Shown: piece by piece, positions 9,061-18,037 of the stretch
Numbering within the stretch: the stretch's first letter is position 1
Layout of the letters: each line of letters opens with the position of its first letter
Origin: Hormoscilla sp.
GTDB taxonomy: Bacteria > Cyanobacteriota > Cyanobacteriia > Cyanobacteriales > Desertifilaceae
Assembly (NCBI GenBank): GCA_051439505.1
Contig: JBFRWI010000230.1
Coordinates: forward strand, 1 to 31,341
Length of the DNA: 31,341 nucleotides
Direction: 5' to 3'
The notes under the pieces: model-generated
Database searches by the model: none
What the model was told of the DNA's origin: nothing
What the model saw: only the letters and a program-made list of their open reading frames with translations
Translations under genes and position numbers: made by a program

Positions 9061-10503
9061 ATGGAATTTTTGTCTGACACAGTAGTGCTGTCGCGCCTGC
9101 AATTCGCGCTGACCAGCATGTTTCACATGCTCTGGCCCGTGCTGACCATCGGCATGGCCAACTATCTAATTATAGTGGAAGCCTTGTGGCTGAAAACCCG
9201 TAACCCCGATTACTATTACCAGGCCCGGTTTTGGTCGAAACTATACCTGCTGAATTTCGGCATTGGCGTCGCTACGGGGGTGCCGATGGAATTTCAGTTC
9301 GGGACGAATTGGGGACCGTTTTCCACCGCTGTCGGGGACTTTTTCGGCAGCGTGTTGGGGTTTGAAGCAACCATGGCATTTATGCTAGAAGCCGGTTTTT
9401 TAGGTATTATGCTGTTCGGCTGGAATCGCGTGCCTCCAGTTATGCATTTTATCGCCACGATTTTTGTTGCCATTGGTGCCAGTCTATCAGCTTTCTGGAT
9501 TGTATCTGCTAATTCCTGGATGCAAACCCCTGCGGGAGGAGAAATGATAGATGGTAAATTTGTCGTTCGGGATTTCTTTCAGGCAATTTTCAATCCCTCA
9601 ATGCTGGACAGCGTCTTCCACATGTACTTTGCCACAGTGGAGACGGCGCTGTTTGTAATTGGTGGTATCAGCGCCTGGTACTTGCTGGGGGGAAAGCATC
9701 GCCCTTTCTTTGCGAGATCCCTCAAAATTGTCATCGCCACGGCTTTGATAGTCGCGCCTTTGCAAATCTTAATCGGACATTTAAGCACCGAACAAGTATA
9801 TCACAATCAGCCGAGCAAATTTGCGGCAATGGAAGCCCAGTGGGAAACAGTCCCCGCCGGAGAATCTGCCCCTTGGGCGTTGGTGGCTTTGCCTAATAAA
9901 GAAGCCCAAGCTAATGATTTCGCCCTGGAAATTCCCAATGGTTTGGGTTACCTGTTAGCATTAAAAAAAGAACTGCAAGAACCGGTATTGGGATTGAAAG
10001 CATGGAAAGCCGAAGACCGACCCGGTCAATTGAGCTTGGTGTTCTATTCCTTCCGGGTCATGGTGGCTGCGGGGATGTTTTTCATGGGGTTAATGGGCTG
10101 GAGTGTGGTAGAATGGCTGCGGGGGAAACTTACCTTGCAAAATATTAGCCAACAACGCTGGTTGATGCGGGCCTGGGTATTAGCTGCGCCCCTGGGATAT
10201 ATTGCCGTGGAAGCGGGCTGGATCGTGCGGGAAGTGGGGCGACAACCCTGGGTTCTCTACGGAGAGATCCGCATTAGCGATGCCGCTACCAATCTGCCGG
10301 CAAGTAACGTTCTTACCTCCTTAATTGCCTTCAGCGCCGTCTATAGCATTTTGTTCGTTTCTGCTTTATATTTCGGTCGGCGCATTTTACTGGAAGGACC
10401 GAATTTAGAACTGCAAATTCCGGGTACGGTCAAGGAGGAAACAATTAATGTATCTCCTGGAGAACATCAGCCCGATCGGCGTCCCGCAGAAGTCCAGCAA
10501 TAG
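9061..10503 (+). CDS. cydA: Cytochrome bd ubiquinol oxidase subunit I
   Basis: LSRLQFA..MFH, EFQFGTNW, AFMLEAGF, ANSWMQTPAG, QPSKFAAME, FRVM and EVGRQPW; ATG at 9061 preferred over TTG at 9043. Confidence 0.97.
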   Translation: MEFLSDTVVLSRLQFALTSMFHMLWPVLTIGMANYLIIVEALWLKTRNPDYYYQARFWSKLYLLNFGIGVATGVPMEFQFGTNWGPFSTAVGDFFGSVLGFEATMAFMLEAGFLGIMLFGWNRVPPVMHFIATIFVAIGASLSAFWIVSANSWMQTPAGGEMIDGKFVVRDFFQAIFNPSMLDSVFHMYFATVETALFVIGGISAWYLLGGKHRPFFARSLKIVIATALIVAPLQILIGHLSTEQVYHNQPSKFAAMEAQWETVPAGESAPWALVALPNKEAQANDFALEIPNGLGYLLALKKELQEPVLGLKAWKAEDRPGQLSLVFYSFRVMVAAGMFFMGLMGWSVVEWLRGKLTLQNISQQRWLMRAWVLAAPLGYIAVEAGWIVREVGRQPWVLYGEIRISDAATNLPASNVLTSLIAFSAVYSILFVSALYFGRRILLEGPNLELQIPGTVKEETINVSPGEHQPDRRPAEVQQ

Positions 10504-10514
10504 TAGGAGGTTGT

Positions 10515-11519
10515 ATGGAAACTATAGAAGATTTACTGCCCCAGGTTTGGTTTCTAATTTTAGGACTTTTCCTCTTGCTGTACGTAGTGCTAGACGGTTT
10601 CGATCTGGGAGTTGGCATCCTATCCCTGACCAGTTCTTCAGAAGAACGGCGCGGCATTTTGATGACCAGTCTCAGCAATGTCTGGGATGCCAACGAAACT
10701 TGGTTGCTAATCATGGGAGGGGGATTATTTGGTGCCTTTCCCCTCGCCTACAGCACCCTGCTGCATGCCCTGTACATTCCGATTTTCATCATGATCTTCG
10801 GACTGATTTTTCGGGCCGTAGCCTTTGAATTTCGCGAACATGCCAGAAGAAAAATATTTTGGAATTTAGCCTTTGGCATCGGCTCTTTTGTGGCCGCACT
10901 CGGTCAAGGGTTTGCCCTAGGGGCGGTGCTGGAAGGCGTGGCAGTCGATCGCGCGGGTTTGTTTATCGGCACGACATGGGACTGGTTTAGCTGGCAGACT
11001 ATGTTGGTAGCTTTGACCTTAATTCAAGGCTACGTCCTGATCGGTTCGACCTATCTGATTATCAAAACTTCCGGGGAGTTGCAAGCAACCCATTACCGCA
11101 CTGCTAAAATTGCGGCTTGGACTACCCTGGTAGGGGCGATCGGGATTACAATTACCACGCCATTGTTTTACCAATATGCGCGGGCCCGTTTGTTCGAGCC
11201 CCCCCTGGTCTATATCTTTGCCGCCATACCTCTGTTAGGCATTTTGTGCATCTGGCAACTGCTGAGAAGTCTCAACCGCAAACAAGAAAATTTACCTTTC
11301 ATCTGGACGGTTGCCATCTTCTTGCTAACATTTGTGGGGTTAGTATTGGTTATTTTTCCCTACATCATCCCCACCCAGATTACCATCTATGAAGCAGCAG
11401 CAGCCCCCAGTTCCTTGGTGTTCATGCTGATTTTCATGGGCGCACTCATCCCGATCATGCTGTTCTACAACATCTATCAATATGTTGTGTTCCGAGGCAA
11501 GGTGACTAGCAGTCACTAG
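10515..11519 (+). CDS. cydB: Cytochrome bd ubiquinol oxidase subunit II
   Basis: LDGFDLGVG, WDANETWL, FRAVAFEFR and YVVFRGKV; AGGAGG RBS after the cydA stop. Confidence 0.96.
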   Translation: METIEDLLPQVWFLILGLFLLLYVVLDGFDLGVGILSLTSSSEERRGILMTSLSNVWDANETWLLIMGGGLFGAFPLAYSTLLHALYIPIFIMIFGLIFRAVAFEFREHARRKIFWNLAFGIGSFVAALGQGFALGAVLEGVAVDRAGLFIGTTWDWFSWQTMLVALTLIQGYVLIGSTYLIIKTSGELQATHYRTAKIAAWTTLVGAIGITITTPLFYQYARARLFEPPLVYIFAAIPLLGILCIWQLLRSLNRKQENLPFIWTVAIFLLTFVGLVLVIFPYIIPTQITIYEAAAAPSSLVFMLIFMGALIPIMLFYNIYQYVVFRGKVTSSH

Positions 11520-11580
11520 GTCGAATAGTTTGTCGGGTAGATGAGTTGGCAGGCAAAATGCCTGCCGCTGGGCCCGGTCT

Positions 11581-12342
11581 TCAAGCCATAATTACTGCCC
11601 GTTCGGGACAAATTGGTCGATATATCTGGCTAGAAAATGGACGAAAATATTGAGGCCACTGGGCGGTCATGTGGCACAATAAACGAAATTGCAGTGGTGT
11701 CTGCTTGGAGTTGACGCGATCGACATGAATCTTTACCAGTTCTGGCTGCTGCTGGATAATTTCTAAGCTATCATCATCCAATAGATAGGGCGGACAATAC
11801 CCCACCAGAAACTTATCCTCAGTACGTAGAACCAAGGCATGGCGAGAGTAAATATTTTGCAAATCCTGAAGCATATATAACTGTTCCCCCTCTTGTAGGC
11901 GATTAATCCGTTCTATTAGATAGTCGGGCAGTTGTCCCAGTCCCCGGGCAAAAAAATGCATGTGGTAATGTCCATTGGCGTCGGTTTCTGGTAAGGGAAA
12001 GACTTCAAATTTGTCCGTTACTCGTTGACCGCCACTACGACTCAGTAAAGCAATTGGATCGTACTCTTCGGTGGACATGTTTAACCACTGGGCAAAGTCG
12101 GGGTAGTCCGGACGCGATCGGGATCTCACGCGATTGGAGAACAAGGGAAATAATTTAGGTGAGGTATAGACTTCCTGCGGGTTGGGAAAACACAGCAAGG
12201 GTTGAAACCCACACCGATTTTGAGCTTCCCGTAAACCGTGAGTGTAAGCAAATTTATATTCCCGACCGTCAAAGGTTAACCGACCAATTGGAAACCAAGT
12301 ACCACTGTTTCCATCCTGCCAAGCTATAAAAAGTGTCTTCAT
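11581..12342 (-). CDS. HIRAN domain protein with HipS/HipA-N-like N-terminal region
   Basis: Start MKTLFIAWQD; FPIGRL..Y.F.Y, LFPLFSNR..SRPDY; C-terminal FFARGL...LQEGEQL...QN.Y..HA...VGYCP (HIRAN-like). The 12 upstream codons in the ORF track begin inside a REP. Confidence 0.75.
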   Translation of the reverse strand: MKTLFIAWQDGNSGTWFPIGRLTFDGREYKFAYTHGLREAQNRCGFQPLLCFPNPQEVYTSPKLFPLFSNRVRSRSRPDYPDFAQWLNMSTEEYDPIALLSRSGGQRVTDKFEVFPLPETDANGHYHMHFFARGLGQLPDYLIERINRLQEGEQLYMLQDLQNIYSRHALVLRTEDKFLVGYCPPYLLDDDSLEIIQQQPELVKIHVDRVNSKQTPLQFRLLCHMTAQWPQYFRPFSSQIYRPICPERAVIMA

Positions 12343-12365
12343 AAGCAATTCAAAATCAAAAATGC

Positions 12366-12499
12366 GTAGGGTGGGCACCGCCCACCAAAACTTGCGGTAA
12401 CTGCAACAAAGGGTCTTTATTCATGCACCGATGTAGGCGTAGGGTGGGCACCGCCCACCAAAAATTGCGGTAAGAAAGGATATTTATTCATGCACCGAT
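12366..12499. repeat. Two GTAG REPs in a ~73-bp tandem duplication at the RAYT 3' end
   Basis: GTAGGGTGGGCACCGCCCACCA at 12366 and 12439, each followed by AAA.TTGCGGTAA...TTTATTCATGCACCGAT. Confidence 0.85.
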
Positions 12500-13059
12500 C
12501 GGGCAATTTCGGTAAAATCTGGTATTTGGGGCTGTCTACCATCACAAGTGCAGCACCAATCAACAGGATACGCACCTTTTCTCACCCAGGAGTGAAAACT
12601 GGAATAAGACCATAAATGGGGACAGGAGACCAAACCATGCTTGACAGGATTATAATGAATATAGTTGAGATGATGTTCGAGGTCTTTTTCGTCCTCAATG
12701 GTATGTTCCCAAAAACGCCGATTCCAAACATCACTTTCTCGGTGCTTGCGGCGTGAACTGGACACATTCTGAGGTAAGGCACGTCGTCCGCGCAAAGAAT
12801 GAGTAAATAAAATTTTAATTCTTCCGACCCGCTTAGAATAGGCAGTGTCTAAGGGAGGCAAAGTCCATAAAAAGTGAATATGATCGGGTAATATGACAGC
12901 CCCAAGGATATTAAAAGGCATCTCAGATTTAATTGTAGCTACAGCTGTGCGTAGTCGCGAGACGTTTTCTGGATCCGCAAACAGTGGCTGGCGATTGTAG
13001 GTGACAATGGTAAAGAAAAATGTTCCACCTGGCACATAATTGCGGCGGTATTCAGGCAT
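12484..13059 (-). mobile_element. REP-associated tyrosine transposase (RAYT, HUH/Y1 family)
   Basis: GGTFFFTIVT, HUH motif LPDHIH, W.RRFWEH and catalytic YIHYNPVKHGLV; GTAG REPs on both sides. Confidence 0.93.
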
Positions 13060-13065
13060 GGTTTA

Positions 13066-13470
13066 TTCTCCTTGTAGGGTGGGCATCGCCCACCATTGAA
13101 AGGGTTCGTTTTCCGACGAGTTTCTCCTTGTAGGGTGGGCATCGCCCACCATTGAAGGGTTCGTTTTCCGACGGGTTGGCGATCGCACGAGAATAATGAA
13201 CGATAATGCCCTATGCATGCAATCTCGCGAGAATAATGAGCGGTAATACCTCCACAAGGGCGATCGCACGGGTGATAATGAGCGGTAATGCCCCATGCAT
13301 ACGATCGCCCGGGGGATGGTGGGCGGTAATGCCCCATGCATACGATCGCCCGGGGGATGGTGGGCGGTGCCCACCCTACAGGGTTGGTTTTCCAATAGTT
13401 GGCGATCGCACGGGTAATGGTGGGCGGTAATGCCCCACAAGGGCGATCGCGCAATGGTGGGCGGTGCCCC
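13066..13470. repeat. REP cluster: 56-bp duplicated REP units, ~40-bp HIP1-containing tandem units and an inverted REP
   Basis: REPs at 13074 and 13130 (+), 13358-13379 (-) and a degenerate one at 13455-13470; intervening units resemble GCGATCGCACGGGTAATGGTGGGCGGTAATGCCCCACAAGG. Confidence 0.85.
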
Positions 13471-13482
13471 GTGAGGTCAAGA

Positions 13483-15342
13483 TTAACTACTGCACCCAGA
13501 TGAGTCTGGAGCTACAGGTTGGTTTTCAGCTAAGGTTACAGAGACTTTATCAATGTAAGAACCTCCACCATTGGATGTCTCTTCGAGATTGTCAAAGCTC
13601 AGACGAGTGCTGCTGCAAAGTGCTAGAACTTTGTAAGAATACTCCGTCCATTTTGTTCCTGAGAGCCCTTCGCCATTTTCCTTCAGGTCGGCAACCAAGG
13701 TTCCTCCCCAAAGCACGCGCAACCTGTTGTCCTCAACATGCGGACGGGGGGAGAACGCAAAGGTAAGTTCATAGACCTTACCTACCTCGGTGGGAATGTC
13801 CTGATAAATTTTACTGATTGCCGTACTATCCAGTTCCAGCTTTTGGTCCCCATCGTAGGCTGTCCCGTCCCCCACACTTCCGCGCTGCAATTCGATGGAT
13901 GGACCCGATCCTAGCTGCCAGCCTGGAATCGATTCTAGACTGCTGGATGAGCCGACGGGTTCTTCAAAACTGCCGTTTACTACTAGGTTGTCGGACGTAG
14001 GTGCCACATTACCGTCGGCGATCGCGATTTCCGCCACTGTAGTAGCACCAAGTGTCAGCCCGGACGAAGGATTGGAAATAGTAAATGTTGCCGTTTCCGT
14101 ACCTTCACTCAGGTTGTCCTCCCTGATGTTGAGAGTAAAGGAGCCTTCAGTAGCGCCGTCGGAAATGGTTATGGTTGCCGGGATGGGAGTGGTGAAATCA
14201 TCTGCTGTCGCCGTACCACCGAGGGCAACATCAATGGTTTGGGAGCCCACAACCGGCGCTTCCGTCGTGGCCGTAATGGTGACAGTAGGGAAGCCTGTTT
14301 CGGTAACTGCAACGGATAGGTTGACGGGAATGGTAGGGATATCAGGGGTAACATCGATAATTTGCAGCCCTGAATTCCCATCTGCCACGTAGGCCCTGTT
14401 GTCCGCGATCGCTACTCCATTGGCTATGTTCGGGGTATCAAAACTGCCGATCAGCTTGGGAGCCTTTGGGTCTGAGACATCGATAATTTGCACCCCTAAT
14501 ACACTATTTGCCACGTAGGCCCTGTTGTCCGCGATCGCTACTCCATTGGCATAGCTCCGGGTATCGAAACTGCCGAGGCGGGTGGGAGCCTTTGGGTCTG
14601 AGACATCGGTAATTTGCAGCCCTGAAGTACGCTCTGTCACGTAGGCCCTGTTGTCCGCGATCGCTACTCCGGAGGCATCGCCCCGGGTATTGATACTGCC
14701 GAGGCGGGTGGGAGCCTTTGGGTCTGAGACATCGATAATTTGCACCCCTGAGCCATCATCTGCCACGTAGGCCCTGTTGTCCGCGATCGCTACTCCCCTG
14801 CCATAGCCCCGGGTATCAAAACTGCCGATCAGCTTGGGAGCCTTTGGGTCTGAGACATCGATAATTTGCAGCCCGTTGAAACCATATAGCACGTAGGCCC
14901 TGTTGTCCGCGATCGCTACTCTGGTGCCACCCGGGGTATCGAAACTGCCGAGGCGGGTGGGAGCCTTTGGGTCTGAGACATCGATAATTTGCAGCCCTGA
15001 GCGATAATCTGCCACGTAGGCCCTGTTGTCCGCGAGCGCTACTCCGAGGGCACCCGGGGTATCGAAACTGCCGATCAGCTTGGGAGCCTTTGGGTCTGAG
15101 ACATCGATAATTTGCAGCCCTGAACCTTCATCTGCCACGTAGGCCCTGTTGTCCGCGAGCGCTACTCTCTTGGCATAGCCCGGGGTATCGAAACTGCCGA
15201 TCAGCTCAGGAGTAACCTTTGGGGGCGGGTCGGCTGCCTGTGCGGGACTGACTGCAACACCCACACAAATAAGAGTCGCAAGAATAAAAATCAACAGTTG
15301 ACGCGCCGATCGAGCAAGACCGTCTATTCGCCAGGTATTCAT
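13483..15342 (-). CDS. Secreted protein: signal peptide, 7 LVIVD repeats (beta-propeller), Calx-beta-like domain, DUF642-like beta-sandwich
   Basis: Hydrophobic leader ending AQA-A; 7x AYVAD..SGLQIIDVSDP..P..IGSFDT; LGGTATADDF..TITI..G...D.LSEGTET; NLVVNGSFE..ELDS..IYQ.IPT..G..YELTF..IDKVSV. Confidence 0.88.
   Translation of the reverse strand: MNTWRIDGLARSARQLLIFILATLICVGVAVSPAQAADPPPKVTPELIGSFDTPGYAKRVALADNRAYVADEGSGLQIIDVSDPKAPKLIGSFDTPGALGVALADNRAYVADYRSGLQIIDVSDPKAPTRLGSFDTPGGTRVAIADNRAYVLYGFNGLQIIDVSDPKAPKLIGSFDTRGYGRGVAIADNRAYVADDGSGVQIIDVSDPKAPTRLGSINTRGDASGVAIADNRAYVTERTSGLQITDVSDPKAPTRLGSFDTRSYANGVAIADNRAYVANSVLGVQIIDVSDPKAPKLIGSFDTPNIANGVAIADNRAYVADGNSGLQIIDVTPDIPTIPVNLSVAVTETGFPTVTITATTEAPVVGSQTIDVALGGTATADDFTTPIPATITISDGATEGSFTLNIREDNLSEGTETATFTISNPSSGLTLGATTVAEIAIADGNVAPTSDNLVVNGSFEEPVGSSSSLESIPGWQLGSGPSIELQRGSVGDGTAYDGDQKLELDSTAISKIYQDIPTEVGKVYELTFAFSPRPHVEDNRLRVLWGGTLVADLKENGEGLSGTKWTEYSYKVLALCSSTRLSFDNLEETSNGGGSYIDKVSVTLAENQPVAPDSSGCSS
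14351..15206 (-). repeat. Seven coding tandem repeats of 123-126 bp
   Basis: ACATCG(A/G)TAATTTGCA recurs at 14351, 14477, 14603, 14729, 14855, 14978 and 15101. Confidence 0.95.
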
Positions 15343-15909
15343 TGTTTTGTTTTTCTCCAGTTTCTTTCATCTCGCACGATGGAACTATCTCCTGAAAGCT
15401 CGCTCCTCGATTGAGGAGAAGAGCCAGAGTAAGTTGTGATGCATTTAAATTGCCTGGTCCCAAATGGCCGTTTAGGCGGCAATGCTTATGGGTCTGGTGG
15501 TGGCCAGGATTTTCCCCTGAGCCCAAATATGCTTACATCACATCCTTTCTCTGTAAAGGGATCCCGGATTTATCCGGCGTGCGGGAAAAACGCAATTCCT
15601 GACCGCGATCAGTATAAGCTATCATGCAACGCCCTGTGCAAATTTTTTCCAAATCACCCTCTTGAGGGAGTTTTGAGAACAGCATTTTGAGCCACTTGAG
15701 CGAGAATCCGTTGTTTTTCCTTTTTCCGTAGAAAGTTGCACCGAAGCGTCTGATGCATTGTCGCCCCCGCAACCAACGCGAGTTCGTCCTTCGTCCTTCG
15801 TCCTTCGGGATCTCTTTAACGCAATCATGGGGGTTTGCTTGCGTTCCGAACCCGATGAGAAATATGAGAAATGAGGGTTATCCCAATCGTCGAACTCACG
15901 TCTCCACGA

Positions 15910-15985
15910 GGGCGATCGCACCCTCAATGAAGTAATGCCTCCACAAGGGCGATCGCGCGGGGAATGGTGGGCGGTGCCACCCTAC
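15910..15985 (-). repeat. HIP1/REP unit overlapping the leuC stop codon
   Basis: CCACAAGGGCGATCGCGCGGGGAATGGTGGGCGGTGCCACCCTAC; the GTAG head contains the leuC TAG (15982-15984). Confidence 0.8.
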
Positions 15986-17301
15986 AGGAACTCCCTGGGT
16001 GAGGTAACATACCCAGTCAGGGCAGATGCCGCTGCTGTATAGGGTGATGCCAGATAAATTTGAGCAGTTTTCTCGCCCATGCGTCCGGGAAAGTTGCGGT
16101 TAGTGGTGGAAACGCAGACTTCTGCTTGGTTCATCCGCCCAAAGGTGTCTTTGGGACCGCCCAAACATGCCGCACAGGATGGCGCTGCCGGTTCGATACA
16201 TCCTGCAGAAGACAAAATCTCGGAAATTGTTTGCCCTTCATGCTTCACTGCAAACAGGTCTTCGTAGACTTTCTGGGTTGCTGGTACTATGTAAGTGGGC
16301 ACTTTCACCTGTTTTCCTTTTAAGACCCGCGCCGCATTCAGAAAGTCCGTGGTTTTGCCTCCCGTGCAGGAACCGATATATACCCGATCGATCTTCACAT
16401 CCCGGCAATTATTGGCCAAGTCCCGGTTGTCCGGAGAGTGGGGTTTGGCGACCACTGGTTCTAACTTGCTCACGTCGTAGCGGTACTCGCTGTAGAAACT
16501 GGCATCGGCATCGGTGTATACTGGCTCGAAGGATTTGTTCGTCCGCGCCCCTACATATGCAAATGTGGTTTCGTCTGGCGCGATCGTGGCATTCTTGCCC
16601 CCCGCCTCGATCGCCATATTGCAGAGAGTCATGCGTTCTTCCATCGTCATCCGTTCAATGGTCTCGCCGCAGAATTCCAATGTCCGATAGTTGGCACCGG
16701 CAACAGTGATATCCCCGATAATTTGCAAGATCAAGTCCTTTGCTAACAGATAGTCGGGCATTTCCCCATCCAGGATAAAGCGCATGGTAGCGGGGACTTT
16801 AATCAGCAGCTTCCCCGTACCCAGGATAAAGGCCGCGTCCGTATTGCCGATACCGGTAGCAAATTGTCCGAAAGCACCCGCATTGCAGGTATGGGAGTCC
16901 GTGCCAAACAGGACTTCTCCCGGACGGGTGTGCCCTTCTTGGGCCAAGGCGATGTGGCAAACTCCTTTATAATCGGGGTTAGCTTTGAAGTCGCCACGGT
17001 CTGTGATGTCGTAAAAGTATTTGATCTCTTGTTCGGTGGCAAAGTCCCGCAGAATATCCACGTTGCGGTTGGCCCGTTCGTCGGCGGTGAAGATGTAGTG
17101 GTCCGGAATGAGTACGACTTTCTCTTTATCCCAGACCTTGGCATCGGCGCCAAATTCCCGCTTGAAAACGCCAATAGTTCCCGGACCGCAGACATCGTGG
17201 GTCATGAGTAAGTCTACATCCACCCAGACGTTCTCGCCGGGAGTGACGCTGTCCCGTCCGGAGGCCCGGGCGATAATCTTTTGGGTAAGGGTCATCCCCA
17301 T
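15982..17301 (-). CDS. leuC: 3-isopropylmalate dehydratase large subunit (short, plant-like type)
   Basis: THDVCGPG, PDH, GVCH, GTDSHTC, YIGSCTGG, CAACLG, STTNRNFPGRMG and YLASP aconitase-family motifs. Confidence 0.92.
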   Translation of the reverse strand: MGMTLTQKIIARASGRDSVTPGENVWVDVDLLMTHDVCGPGTIGVFKREFGADAKVWDKEKVVLIPDHYIFTADERANRNVDILRDFATEQEIKYFYDITDRGDFKANPDYKGVCHIALAQEGHTRPGEVLFGTDSHTCNAGAFGQFATGIGNTDAAFILGTGKLLIKVPATMRFILDGEMPDYLLAKDLILQIIGDITVAGANYRTLEFCGETIERMTMEERMTLCNMAIEAGGKNATIAPDETTFAYVGARTNKSFEPVYTDADASFYSEYRYDVSKLEPVVAKPHSPDNRDLANNCRDVKIDRVYIGSCTGGKTTDFLNAARVLKGKQVKVPTYIVPATQKVYEDLFAVKHEGQTISEILSSAGCIEPAAPSCAACLGGPKDTFGRMNQAEVCVSTTNRNFPGRMGEKTAQIYLASPYTAAASALTGYVTSPREFL

Positions 17302-18037
17302 AGCAGTCTTCCTCTCTAAATCTTGTAAATTTCATGGTATATCCCAGTCACGCCAAGGCTACTAGGCTATATTTCACTTATAACCGATTAATTTTCTATC
17401 CATCGAATAGGTTAAACTCTATACCTCGACCTCTCGTCGGAAGCTGCTGGTACCTTGACCTCCTTTCCTGGGCAGCACCCAGTCGCTACCCGATCGGAGT
17501 TCTCCGGAGGTGGTAACGCCGTCAGCTGTTCCTTGAATTTGGCCCGAAATCCCCACATAACAAGGGTTTTAGCTAATTCATCAATACTTTTCACAGGGAC
17601 AAAAACTTCTGGGAGACTAATTGTCAACCCCGCCAATGTAAATAAAGATTAAGTTAAATTAAATTTCTCAAAGATTGTACTAAATGAAAGGGCTAGTTAG
17701 CAGTAAAATAAGTAAGGAACAAAAAAAGTAAATAAGTCGATAAATCTCAGCAAGCTGCTCCAACAGCGCCCTCCGGCGCTATAATATCCCAGTTATACTG
17801 TCCTGAGTTGGGATAGTCTATTGGCTATGGGAGAAATTGACTTGCTCGAAAACCAATGAAGGGATAAATTCCTAAGCAAAATGTAATAGCATGAATAAAT
17901 CCATGGAATGGAAAACCAGATCGCCGACTTCCATCCGTTAATGGGAGAACTCGATCGAGGGTTTGGGAAACTCAGTGATGGTCCCGAACTTCACCGAAGC
18001 AAGGCATGGGAAATAAAGTATAGACAAGGAGAAAAAA

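Noticed and set aside
12484..13059. IS200/IS605 element with TnpB or IscB
   Set aside because: No RuvC nuclease ORF nearby; motifs and flanking GTAG REPs fit RAYT.
13178..13470. Possible degenerate CRISPR array; ORFs 12939-13454, 13063-13440 and 13206-13430
   Set aside because: Tandem REP/HIP1-derived units without spacers; the ORFs are translations of the repeats.
14351..15206. Diversity-generating retroelement target
   Set aside because: No reverse transcriptase or template repeat in the window, and the variation includes indels and is not adenine-specific.
15343..15930. Riboswitch or ncRNA in the long LVIVD leader; short ORFs there
   Set aside because: No consensus I could recognise by eye and the ORFs lack motifs; an Rfam search would be needed.
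17412..17636. 74-aa ORF upstream of leuC
   Set aside because: No recognisable domain or clear RBS; cannot be supported.
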